Assembly: GCA_965202675.1 (NCBI GenBank)
Contig: OZ241842.1
Span: forward strand, 2,098,918 to 2,162,917
Source of the DNA: Candidatus Spongiisociaceae bacterium
GTDB taxonomy: Bacteria; Actinomycetota; Acidimicrobiia; Spongiisociales; Spongiisociaceae
Length of the DNA: 64,000 nt
Direction: 5' to 3'
The notes under the pieces: generated by a model
Databases searched by the model: none
What the model saw: the letters and a program-made list of their open reading frames with translations, nothing else
Told to the model about the DNA's origin: nothing
Program-made: the position numbers and the translations under genes
Shown: piece after piece, positions 1 to 8,818 of the stretch
How the letters are laid out: each line of letters starts with the position of its first letter
Position numbering within the stretch: the first letter of the stretch is position 1

Positions 1-2
1 CC

Positions 3-437
3 GACCGGGATGTCAACCTCTACATCAACTCCCCGGGCGGCGAGATCACCAGCCTGTTCGCCATCTACGACACCATCCAGTACATCAAGCCGGACGTGAG
101 CACCGTGTGCATGGGAATGGCGGCTTCGGCGGCGGCGGTGATCCTGGCGGGCGGCGCCGAGGGGAAGCGCTTCGCCCTGCCCCACGCCCGGGTGATGCTC
201 CATCAGCCCCACGGCGGGGCGCGCGGCCAGGCCGCCGACATCGAGATACAAGCCCGCCTGATCGTGCAGATGCGGGAGCAGCTCAACCGGATCCTGGCCG
301 ACCACACCGGCCAGGACTACGAGAAGGTGGCCAAGGACACCGACCGCGACTTCTGGATGCTGGCCGCCGAGGCCAAGGACTACGGCATAGTCGACGATGT
401 CCTGACCAGCAGGGACCCGGCCTCCGAGGCCGGGTGA
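3..437 (+). CDS. clpP: ATP-dependent Clp protease proteolytic subunit (5' truncated by window edge)
   Basis: Frame is open from base 3: [18 protein letters not shown] (catalytic Ser), [10 protein letters not shown] (catalytic His), DRDFWM; adjacent to clpX. Confidence 0.97.
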   Translation, partial: DRDVNLYINSPGGEITSLFAIYDTIQYIKPDVSTVCMGMAASAAAVILAGGAEGKRFALPHARVMLHQPHGGARGQAADIEIQARLIVQMREQLNRILADHTGQDYEKVAKDTDRDFWMLAAEAKDYGIVDDVLTSRDPASEAG

Positions 438-458
438 ATCCGCGGGAAGCCGGGGAGG

Positions 459-1736
459 ATGACCATCAAGTACGGAGAGGGCATGGAGCTGCTCAAGTGC
501 AGCTTCTGCGGGCACACCCAGAAGCAGGTGCGCAAGCTCATCGCCGGTCCGGGCGTCTACATATGCGACGAGTGCGTGACCCTCTGCGTCGAGATCCTCG
601 AAGACGAGCAGGTACACACCCGCTCCGACCGGGCCCCGGAGCTGCCCAAACCCGCCGAGGTGTTCTCGTTCCTCGGCGATTACGTGATCGGCCAGACGCG
701 GGCGCGCAAGGCCCTGTCGGTGGCGGTCTACAACCATTACAAGCGGGTGCGCACCGCCTCTCCCCGCAGCGACGACGTGGAGCTGTCCAAGTCCAACATC
801 CTGCTGATCGGCCCCACCGGATGCGGCAAGACGCTGATGGCCCAGACCCTGGCCCGCATGCTCGAGGTGCCCTTCGCCATCGCCGACGCCACCGCCCTCA
901 CCGAGGCGGGTTACGTGGGCGAGGACGTAGAGAACATCCTGTTGAAGCTGATACAGGCCGCCGATTACGACGTCAAGCAGGCCGAGCAGGGCATCATCTA
1001 CATAGACGAGATCGACAAGATCGCCCGCAAGGCCGACAACCCCTCCATCACCCGCGACGTGTCGGGGGAGGGGGTGCAGCAGGCGCTGCTGAAGATCCTG
1101 GAGGGGACGGTGGCCTCGGTGCCCCCCCAGGGAGGCCGCAAGCACCCCCATCAGGAGTTCATCCAGATCGACACCACCGACGTGCTGTTCATCTGCGGGG
1201 GCGCCTTCGCCGGCCTCGAAGACGTGATCGGCCGCCGGGTGGGCAACCGCATCGTCGGGTTCGGGGCCGACATCCGCACCCGCCTCGACCGGCCCAAGGA
1301 CGAGCTGATGGCCGAGGTGATCCCGGACGACCTCATCAAATACGGCCTCATCCCGGAGTTCGTCGGCCGCCTGCCGATGGTGGCCACGGTGGACTCCCTC
1401 GACCGGGGCGCCCTGGTCCGCATCCTCCAGGAGCCGCGCAACGCCCTGGTGAAGCAGTACCAACGAATCCTGGAGCTGGACGGGGTGGAGCTGGTGTTCG
1501 AGCCGGACGCCATTTACGCCATCGCCGACCAGGCCATCCTGCGGGGCACGGGCGCCCGCGGGCTGCGGGCGATCATGGAGGAGGTGCTGCTCGAGACCAT
1601 GTATGAGCTGCCCTCCCGCTCCGACGTGGGCCGGGTGGTGATCGACCGGCGGGTGGTGGAGGAGCGGGTCAACCCGGCCCTTCTGCCGCTGCGGGAGCTG
1701 CGGGAGATGGAGAAACCCCAAGAGAGGAGCGCGTAG
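459..1736 (+). CDS. clpX: ATP-dependent Clp protease ATP-binding subunit ClpX
   Basis: N-terminal C4 zinc finger (CSFC...CDEC), Walker [21 protein letters not shown] loop, IVGF loop, GARGLR; GGAGG RBS. Confidence 0.98.
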   Translation: MTIKYGEGMELLKCSFCGHTQKQVRKLIAGPGVYICDECVTLCVEILEDEQVHTRSDRAPELPKPAEVFSFLGDYVIGQTRARKALSVAVYNHYKRVRTASPRSDDVELSKSNILLIGPTGCGKTLMAQTLARMLEVPFAIADATALTEAGYVGEDVENILLKLIQAADYDVKQAEQGIIYIDEIDKIARKADNPSITRDVSGEGVQQALLKILEGTVASVPPQGGRKHPHQEFIQIDTTDVLFICGGAFAGLEDVIGRRVGNRIVGFGADIRTRLDRPKDELMAEVIPDDLIKYGLIPEFVGRLPMVATVDSLDRGALVRILQEPRNALVKQYQRILELDGVELVFEPDAIYAIADQAILRGTGARGLRAIMEEVLLETMYELPSRSDVGRVVIDRRVVEERVNPALLPLRELREMEKPQERSA

Positions 1737-1797
1737 TCGGTCCGGTCCGCCGGGATCGGATCCGACAGGCGCGGGGATGGCCGGGGCGGAGGCGGGC

Positions 1798-4446
1798 ATG
1801 GAGGCCGTACCGCCGGGCGGGGGGCTCGACGGCGGCTACGACCACAAGGCGGTCGAGTCCCGCTGGTATCCGATCTGGGAGGAGTCCGGCGCCTTCCGCC
1901 CGGAGATAAACCCCGGCGGCAAGCCCTTCTCCATCGTCATCCCGCCCCCGAACGTAACCGGGGTGCTGCACATCGGCCACGCCCTCGACCACTCCATCCA
2001 GGACGCCATCATCCGGCGCAAGCGCATGCAGGGCCGCGCCGTCCTGTGGCTGCCCGGAACCGACCACGCCGGGATCGCCACCCAGATGGTGGTGGAGCGG
2101 GAGCTGGCCGAGGAGGGGAAAACCCGGTACGAGCTGGGCCGGGAGCGGTTCGTGGAGCAGGTCTGGAGCTGGAAGGCCCGCTCGGGCGGGGCCATCACCC
2201 AGCAGATGCGGGCGCTGGGGGATTCGTGCGACTGGACCAGGGAGCGCTTCACCCTCGACGACCAGCTGTCCGCCGCGGTGCGCGAGGTGTTCGTGAGCCT
2301 GTACGAGAAGGGCCTCATCTACCGGGGCTACCGGATCATCAACTGGTCGCCGGGGTTGATGACCGCCATCTCCGACATCGAGGTGGAGTACGAGGAAGTG
2401 GAAGGCCGGATGGTCCACATCACCTACCCGTTCGCCGAGGGGGGCGCGGACGGGCGGGAGGGGGTGACGGTGGCCACCACCCGCGCCGAGACCATGCTGG
2501 GCGACACCGGGGTGGCGGTCCATCCCGAAGACGAGCGCTACCGCCATCTGGTGGGGCGGACGGTGCGCCTGCCCCTGATGGACCGCCTCATCCCGATCGT
2601 GGCCGACGAGGCGGTCGATCCCTCCTTCGGCACCGGGGCGGTGAAGGTAACGCCCGCCCACGATCCGCTCGACTTCGAGATCGCCGGGCGGGCCGGACTG
2701 CCCCCCGTGCAGGTCATCGGGGAGGACGGGCGCATGACCGCCGCGGCCGGTTCCTTCGCCGGCCTGGACCGCTTCGAAGCCCGCGAGCAGGTGATAGACG
2801 CCCTGCGGAAGCAGGGTTGCCTGGATCGGATCGAGGAGCACCGCCACTCCGTGGGGCACTGCTCTCGGAGCGGGGCGGCGGTGGAGCCGCTGCTGTCCCA
2901 CCAGTGGTTCGTGCGGGTGGCCGACCTGATCGGGCCGGCGGTGGAGGCGGTGCGCAGCGACGCGGCCCGCTTCGTTCCCAAGCGGTGGGAGAAAAATTAC
3001 TTTCATTGGATGGAGAACCTGCATGACTGGTGCGTCAGCCGCCAGCTGTGGTGGGGCCACCGCATCCCGGCCTGGTACTGCGACATCGACGGGGCGGTGA
3101 TGGTGGCCCGGGAGCGGCCGGCGGGGTGCAGCGAGTGCGGTTCGGAGGAGCTGAGGGCCGACGAGGACGTGCTGGACACCTGGTTCAGCTCGGCGCTGTG
3201 GCCCTTCTCGACGCTGGGCTGGCCGGACGACGCCTCCGACCTGCGGCGCTTCTACCCGACCGATGTGCTGGTTACCGGCTACGACATCATCTTCTTCTGG
3301 GTGGCGCGCATGCTGAAGATGGGAATGGAGTTCGCGGGCGAAGCCCCCTTCCGGGAGATAGTCATCCACGGGCTGGTGCGGGCTTCGGACGGGCGGAAGA
3401 TGTCCAAGTCGCTCAACAACATCGTGGACCCCATGGAGATGATCGACCTCTACGGCGCCGACGCCCTGCGCCTGAGCCTGCTCCGGTCGGCGTCGCCCGG
3501 CCACGACGTGCCCTTCGACGTGCAGTGGGTGGACGCCGCCCGGCGGTTCGGCAACAAGCTGTGGAACGCCGTCCGCTTCGCCCTGATGCATCTGGCGCCG
3601 GGGTCGGTTCCGGCGGCGGGCGGCTATCCGGACGATCCGGGGCCGGTGGACCGGTGGATACTGTCCCGCCTGGCGGAGACGGCGGCCCGGGTGGACGAGC
3701 TCTTCGACCGCCACCGGCTGTCCGACGGGTTCTCCCTGCTGTATTCGTTCGCCTGGTCCGAGGTGTTCGACTGGTATCTGGAGATGTCCAAGCCCACCCT
3801 GGCGGCGGGGGGGCCGGAGGCGGAGGCCGCCCGGCGGACGCTGGGGGCGGTGCTGCGGGACCTGCTGGCCTTCTTCCACCCGGCCATGCCGTTCCTGACC
3901 GAGGAGCTGTACAGTCATCTGGTGGGGGAGGGGCTGCTGATCCTGGCGCCGTGGCCCGCGCCGCCCTCCTATGAGGCGCCCGCCGGGATCGGGGCGCTTC
4001 AGGAGCTGGTGGCGGGGGTGCGGGGGTTCCGCGCCGCCCACGGCCTTGCGGCCCGCCGGGGGCTGGAGGCGGTGGTGCATGATCCGGAAGGGTTGTGGGA
4101 AGAGTGGTGGGGGCCGCAGCTGGCCGCCCTGGCAGGCGCGGCGGCGGAGACGGCCGATGCGCCGCCGGAGGCAGGGGAGGGTTACTCGCGGGCGGCGGCC
4201 GGTCCGGTACAGGCTTTCATCCGGCTGGAAGGGGTGATCGACCTAGAGGCGGAGCGGGGGCGGATCCTGGGGCGCATCGACAAAGCCCGCCGCGTCCTGG
4301 AGAAGTCGGAGCGGAAACTGGCCAACCCGGCCTTCCTGGAGCGCGCCCCCGCCGAGGTGGTGTCCAAGGAGGAACAGAAGGCGGCCGAGGCGAGGAAGCT
4401 CCTGGGGGTGCTGGGGGCCCAGCTGGAAGAGCTGGGTTCGGGGTAG
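1798..4446 (+). CDS. valS: Valine--tRNA ligase
   Basis: PPPNVTGVLHIGH (HIGH), GTDHAGIATQ, WCVSRQLWWGHRIP, KMSKS, C-terminal coiled coil LANPAFLERAP; ATG at 1798 has a GGAGG RBS (the ORF track starts at 1777). Confidence 0.97.
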   Translation: MEAVPPGGGLDGGYDHKAVESRWYPIWEESGAFRPEINPGGKPFSIVIPPPNVTGVLHIGHALDHSIQDAIIRRKRMQGRAVLWLPGTDHAGIATQMVVERELAEEGKTRYELGRERFVEQVWSWKARSGGAITQQMRALGDSCDWTRERFTLDDQLSAAVREVFVSLYEKGLIYRGYRIINWSPGLMTAISDIEVEYEEVEGRMVHITYPFAEGGADGREGVTVATTRAETMLGDTGVAVHPEDERYRHLVGRTVRLPLMDRLIPIVADEAVDPSFGTGAVKVTPAHDPLDFEIAGRAGLPPVQVIGEDGRMTAAAGSFAGLDRFEAREQVIDALRKQGCLDRIEEHRHSVGHCSRSGAAVEPLLSHQWFVRVADLIGPAVEAVRSDAARFVPKRWEKNYFHWMENLHDWCVSRQLWWGHRIPAWYCDIDGAVMVARERPAGCSECGSEELRADEDVLDTWFSSALWPFSTLGWPDDASDLRRFYPTDVLVTGYDIIFFWVARMLKMGMEFAGEAPFREIVIHGLVRASDGRKMSKSLNNIVDPMEMIDLYGADALRLSLLRSASPGHDVPFDVQWVDAARRFGNKLWNAVRFALMHLAPGSVPAAGGYPDDPGPVDRWILSRLAETAARVDELFDRHRLSDGFSLLYSFAWSEVFDWYLEMSKPTLAAGGPEAEAARRTLGAVLRDLLAFFHPAMPFLTEELYSHLVGEGLLILAPWPAPPSYEAPAGIGALQELVAGVRGFRAAHGLAARRGLEAVVHDPEGLWEEWWGPQLAALAGAAAETADAPPEAGEGYSRAAAGPVQAFIRLEGVIDLEAERGRILGRIDKARRVLEKSERKLANPAFLERAPAEVVSKEEQKAAEARKLLGVLGAQLEELGSG

Positions 4447-4496
4447 CGGCCCGCGGAGCTGCTTCTCGGTTTCCCCCGGCTTCTCTGTTTCCTCGG

Positions 4497-4841
4497 CTAC
4501 CCGGCGGGTTGGGCGGCGGCCGGGGCGGCGGCGGATTTGATCCAGTCGGCCAGGTGCGCCTCGGGTATCCCGGTCTTGGCGGCCAGCTCGGCGGCGTCGG
4601 CCTCTACCAGCAGGGCGGCCGTTCCCGCCCCGGCGGTTTCGAGGAGCAGGGCGTCGGCGTTGCCGATCCCTTCTATCGAGGTCAGGTCACCCTCGTAGAC
4701 GGCGGCGGAGGCCGGTTCGGGCGCCGGACGGGGGGCTTCCGGCTCCCGGTTCATGGTGACCGCCACCACCCGGTTGCGGAACAGCCATCCCACCGCCCCG
4801 ATCCCCCCCAGGAAAGCGAATATCTTCAGCAGCCGCTTCAT
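4497..4841 (-). CDS. Small membrane-anchored protein with helix-hairpin-helix domain
   Basis: N-terminal hydrophobic segment, Pro/Ala linker, DLTSIEGIG HhH motif followed by LVEADAAELAAKTGI...WI. Confidence 0.7.
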   Translation of the reverse strand: MKRLLKIFAFLGGIGAVGWLFRNRVVAVTMNREPEAPRPAPEPASAAVYEGDLTSIEGIGNADALLLETAGAGTAALLVEADAAELAAKTGIPEAHLADWIKSAAAPAAAQPAG

Positions 4842-4986
4842 TGCCCTACCTCGTTCCTCCTGTCCCGCTGTTGGTCTGTCTCGTCCGGCCGGCCCCGAAC
4901 TCTACCGGCGCCGCGCCGCGTCCCGAATGCTACCCGCCGCAGGCCGGTATCCTCGCCGGCAGTTCACGGCGCCGGGAGGCAAGAAG

Positions 4987-6006
4987 ATGAAGTTCGATCA
5001 TCATCTGCCCGCCGCCCCCCTCGGAGAGGTGCCGGGCCGGGCGGAATGGGCGCAGCGGATCGGCTGCGACGGGGTTTTCAGCGCCGACACCGCCCGCGAG
5101 CCCTTCCTGCCCGTCGCCCTGGCCGCCTCCGCCGCCCCCGGCCTGGACTTCGGGACGGCCATAGCGGCGGCGTTCGCCCGGTCCCCGATGGTGGCGGCGC
5201 AGACCGCCTGGGCGCTGGCCGAGCTCACCGGGGGCCGCTTCCTGCTGGGGCTCGGCTCGCAGATAAAAGCCCACGTCGAGCGGCGTTTCGCCATGCCCTG
5301 GGGTGCGCCCGCCGACCGTCTGGCCGAGTACATCGGGGCGCTGCGGGCTATATGGGAGGCGTGGCAGACCGGCGGGCGGCTGCGTTTCCGGGGTGGCTTC
5401 TATTCCCACACGCTGATGACCCCCTTCTTCGACCCCGGTCCGATCGAGCACCCGGACATACCGATCTACATAGCCGGAGTCGGGCCGCGCATGTCCCGCC
5501 TGGCGGGCGAGATGTGCGACGGCTTCCACGTCCATCCTTTCCACACCGTCCGCTTCCTGCGGGAAGCAACCCTGCCCGCCATGGCCGAGGGCGCCGCCCG
5601 CGCCGGGCGTCCGCTCGACCGGATCGAGCTGGCGTCGACGGTGTTCGTGATCACCGGCCGCGACGAGGCGGAGCTGACGGACATGCGGCGGCGGGTAAGG
5701 CAACAGATCGCCTTCTACGCCTCCACCCCCGCCTACCGGAGGGTGCTGGAAGTCCACGGCTGGGAGTTCGGCCCCCGGCTCACCGCCCTCTCCAAGCGGG
5801 GCGAATGGACAGAGATGGGCAAGGCCGTCCCCGACGAGGCAGTAGCCGAGATAGCCGTAGAAGCCCCCCTCGACCGGCTCGGCGAAGCAGTACGCGACCG
5901 ATACGCCGGCCTCCTGGACCGAATCGGTTTCTACGGCCTGGGGCCAGGAACCCCCGATATGACCGACGCCGAGTGGACAACCCTGGTCAAGGCAGTCCGA
6001 GGCTGA
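4987..6006 (+). CDS. F420-dependent LLM class oxidoreductase (TIGR03617-like)
   Basis: DFGTAIAAAFARSP, GRFLLGLGSQIKAHVERRF, FYASTPAYRRVLEVHGW; start set at ATG AAG TTC (4987). Confidence 0.88.
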   Translation: MKFDHHLPAAPLGEVPGRAEWAQRIGCDGVFSADTAREPFLPVALAASAAPGLDFGTAIAAAFARSPMVAAQTAWALAELTGGRFLLGLGSQIKAHVERRFAMPWGAPADRLAEYIGALRAIWEAWQTGGRLRFRGGFYSHTLMTPFFDPGPIEHPDIPIYIAGVGPRMSRLAGEMCDGFHVHPFHTVRFLREATLPAMAEGAARAGRPLDRIELASTVFVITGRDEAELTDMRRRVRQQIAFYASTPAYRRVLEVHGWEFGPRLTALSKRGEWTEMGKAVPDEAVAEIAVEAPLDRLGEAVRDRYAGLLDRIGFYGLGPGTPDMTDAEWTTLVKAVRG

Positions 6007-6075
6007 AGCCCGAAGGCCGAGCCGGACACGCCGAGCGGCAGGGCGGGTTGCGCCTTCTCTTCCGTCCCGCATGGT

Positions 6076-6365
6076 CAAATCACGGAATGACAAAAAAATC
6101 CGCCGGATCCGCCTACAAGGGTATTGACTATGTCGCACCGATGCTGTATTAATGGAAGAGCTGCAAGCACCTCCGGTCCGCAGCCGGCGCAGACCGGGAC
6201 AGGGATCATCCTCCGAACGCGATCCTCCGGGGTACTGACCGACCGCGTCCGGGAAACAGGTGGTGGTGGCGGGGGCCGGGCCCGCGAAGCGGGGAGCGGC
6301 GGTGGCGTTTTTCGCGTTCTTGCCGGGTCAGGGGAGGTGGGATAGGTGCTTGAACAGGGGGTTCG
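6076..6365 (+). repeat. Dispersed promoter-bearing structured repeat, copy A
   Basis: High visible identity to 42868-44541 (+, interrupted by IS110) and 45826-46219 (-), from CAAATCACGGAATGACAAAAAAATC through CCCGCGAAGCGGG to TTTTTCGCGTTCTTGCC. Confidence 0.92.
6124..6153 (+). promoter_or_regulatory. Sigma70-type promoter within repeat copy A
   Basis: TTGACT-17 bp-TATTAAT with an upstream A7 tract; the equivalent TTGACT-17-GATAAT is in copies B (42916-42944) and C (46144-46172, minus). Confidence 0.7.
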
Positions 6366-6433
6366 CGGGAAAAGGGTTTGGGCTTACGCGGTGGTTTGTG
6401 TCTTTCTCCGTAAATACGACCGGCGGTAGGAAG

Positions 6434-6612
6434 TCAGGCCCTCGGCCTGTTTGATGACCGTATCGGTTGCCTTCTCCTGCTTGTCGGGCAGGTACCCGTG
6501 CTCCGCGGAAGCCTCTTGACCGCGATGCGCCGCCGGGCGCGCACATCTTCGCGCCGGGTCCAGTCGATGCCGGTGTTGTAGCGCACCGTCTCCACCAGCT
6601 CGCGGCGATCAT
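6434..6612 (-). pseudogene. hsdR: 3' remnant of a second type I restriction subunit gene
   Basis: Diverged copy of the last ~180 bp of hsdR (about 8840-9020): [24 protein letters not shown], with frameshifts. Confidence 0.85.
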
Positions 6613-6722
6613 GATCAGTCATCCCGCAGGTTTTCCCAATTGCTCTCATAATCAGGCACCTCGGTTCTACTCATGATGGATAATACCTCTAGCCAGCTGC
6701 CAATCAAGAGACGCATTCTATA

Positions 6723-6801
6723 CATGCTTGTACTCGGCGGCGTCCATGGTCCTCCGCAGGCTGTCCGCCATCTTCCAAAGCTCAATCTCATACCCCGTGA
6801 T
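6723..6801 (-). pseudogene. hsdM: 5' remnant of a second type I methyltransferase gene
   Basis: Near-identical to about 17004-17082 ([16 protein letters not shown]...DAAEYKH); same position directly after a DUF4276-like gene. Confidence 0.85.
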
Positions 6802-7409
6802 TAGCTTTCATTGTTTGACCTAGTCTGTTGATCTAACTGCTCAAGAAATCGTTTGGCGTATGGAGATGCCTGCTTGATCTTATCCGGGTTGAGAGTTGCT
6901 AGAATATTAAAGCTGTGTGAGCCTTTGCTGTAAGAGCCCTTCTTGGTATTACGAGTTGCTTGACGGAGTTTATCCAGGACATCATCTTTAGGCACTATCT
7001 CGACATTATTGTATTGCGGTATTGCATCTGCCCGAAAACCTTGACCGTAGTATTCCTGCAATGCTTCTTTGTCGGCTAGAAACCATGATTCCATTATCAG
7101 CACCATCATATGGCATTGTTCCTCGGTGGCATTGCTGGGCTTTGACCATCCATCCCGCTTGTTCAAATGTTGCCAAGGTTTATCTCCTGCTTTGATCGAA
7201 TCTTCGGCATCCACAAGCAAAATACAAAGTTTGTTATCCTCATGAGCAGTTTTGAATTTGTCATAAGCATTATCACGGCTGCCGCAAGCCATTATTCTTG
7301 GCATTCTCTCTTCAAATCCTGCCCTTTTTATGAACTCTGTAAAACCCTTACGGCATTTTGGTTTGAGTGAACCTTCGCCGCCTCCTTCCACATATATTGT
7401 GATGCTCAC
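6801..7409 (-). CDS. DUF4276-like TOPRIM-fold protein (copy 1)
   Basis: ITIYVEGGG N-terminal acidic strand, ACGSRDNAY, LLVDAE, MESWFLADKEAL, YSKGSHSF; GTGA overlap with the upstream ATPase; AT-rich. Confidence 0.8.
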   Translation of the reverse strand: MSITIYVEGGGEGSLKPKCRKGFTEFIKRAGFEERMPRIMACGSRDNAYDKFKTAHEDNKLCILLVDAEDSIKAGDKPWQHLNKRDGWSKPSNATEEQCHMMVLIMESWFLADKEALQEYYGQGFRADAIPQYNNVEIVPKDDVLDKLRQATRNTKKGSYSKGSHSFNILATLNPDKIKQASPYAKRFLEQLDQQTRSNNES

Positions 7410-8698
7410 CAGCGATTCCCTCCCAACTCACCAGTTGTCCAGAGATCACCTAGGCGATATTCTTTAAGCCAAGGCTCAAGTTCCTTTTTGTTGAGCCTAC
7501 GAAGTTGTGTACCAGTTTCAGGTTTTTCACAAACTATAATTGATTCTGGGATATCGGTTAGAGAATCCACAAGTATTTCAGAATGAGTTGTAACTATTAT
7601 CTGACTATGCTCGGATGCTTCTATAAGTAGATCTGCCATCTCACAAATTATATCTGGGTGCAATCCGGTTTCGGGTTCCTCTAAGCAAATAATTGATGAA
7701 GGCTCAGGATTACATAACACCGTTAGTAGACATAGATAACGTAAAGTTCCATCAGATAGCCTGTTAGATGATATCGGATGATCTAATCCTTCTTCATGAA
7801 ATTGTAATTGGACGGTACCATCTCTCAGTCTAGAGACAATATCCAGGACATGTGGATAAAAGGATCGTATGTGGGTCATGATCTTTTGCTTTATCAGGGG
7901 TCGGGTAAATAGATCGTTCAAAACCAGGCCAAGGTTAGAAGCATCTTCTAGTAGGAAATTTTGTGTTTGGTCTGTTGATTGTGGGGAGCGTATTGGACCG
8001 CCTCTAGATAAATCCCATTCCCGATAAAATCTGATTCCTTTAAATCTATCTCCCAGATATGTTAATTCTGGATATGCATCTGGATTACGGAGTTGCTCTA
8101 AAATAGATTGCTCAGGAATAACCTCTATTCTTTGTAGACCTCTTTGAGGTGGCGACTGTAGGAATCGTTGAGTATCCTGGGTTAGAAAAGTTAGAGAAGG
8201 ATCCTGGGTTAGAGGGGGAGCTTGATCTCTTATCTCTTCCATAGGTACATCAAGTACAGGTTGACCATTCTGAAAGCTGTAATATGGATAAGGCTCAGTA
8301 TATCCTGTGAAGGGCACTGCTGTTTCTATTGCTTCATCTACAAGTGTAAATCTTTGTTCATATTCTTGAAATGTTAGCCGGTACCTGATGTCCAGTCTTC
8401 CTAGTTGTGGGTGTTTGGTAGTAACTTCTATGGTAGCTGGAGAGGTTGACTCGACTCCTTTCCAAAGCCATTCTCGTGTCCCGCCGCCTAAGCGTATAGG
8501 CTCGAGTATATCTCTAGGCGTAGCGGCAAGAAGAGACAAAGCCTCAATAAGGTTTGACTTACCGGAGGCATTTGGTCCTATTAGGACATTAAGAGGTTGC
8601 AGTTCGAATTCAGGAGTTTCAGGACCGTAGGAAAGGATATTATTCAGGCGGACTGTTCGGATGAAGTGTTTCTTCATCCATTTCTGCTCCTGTCCCAT
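7406..8698 (-). CDS. ABC-type (AAA_21-like) ATPase (copy 1)
   Basis: Walker A GPNASGKSN, signature LSDGTLRYLCLL, Walker B CLEEPETGLHP, H-loop IVTTHS; true start may be 8677. Confidence 0.9.
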   Translation of the reverse strand: MGQEQKWMKKHFIRTVRLNNILSYGPETPEFELQPLNVLIGPNASGKSNLIEALSLLAATPRDILEPIRLGGGTREWLWKGVESTSPATIEVTTKHPQLGRLDIRYRLTFQEYEQRFTLVDEAIETAVPFTGYTEPYPYYSFQNGQPVLDVPMEEIRDQAPPLTQDPSLTFLTQDTQRFLQSPPQRGLQRIEVIPEQSILEQLRNPDAYPELTYLGDRFKGIRFYREWDLSRGGPIRSPQSTDQTQNFLLEDASNLGLVLNDLFTRPLIKQKIMTHIRSFYPHVLDIVSRLRDGTVQLQFHEEGLDHPISSNRLSDGTLRYLCLLTVLCNPEPSSIICLEEPETGLHPDIICEMADLLIEASEHSQIIVTTHSEILVDSLTDIPESIIVCEKPETGTQLRRLNKKELEPWLKEYRLGDLWTTGELGGNRW

Positions 8699-8818
8699 GA
8701 CATCCCCGTTTGTTTTGGGAAGCTTCGACTCGGTCTTTACCGAAGTATTGGCCCTATGCTACCAGAACGAGACGGGGCAGGCACCGGGGATGTTCGATAC
8801 CGGACGGGGCGGCCGGGG

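Noticed and set aside
4450-4490. Two imperfect ~19-bp direct repeats after valS
   Set aside because: Only two degenerate units between convergent genes; could be chance or a terminator remnant.
6086-6152. Short ORF MTKKS...KGIDYV in repeat copies A-C as a conserved peptide
   Set aside because: It overlaps the -35/-10 elements, differences are non-synonymous, copy A stops early, and copy D lacks it.
107-6152. Long alternative-frame ORFs (107-1606, 1669-4080, 4095-6152) and similar ones throughout the window
   Set aside because: Arg/Gly/Pro-rich shadows of real genes in high-GC DNA, with no domain motifs.
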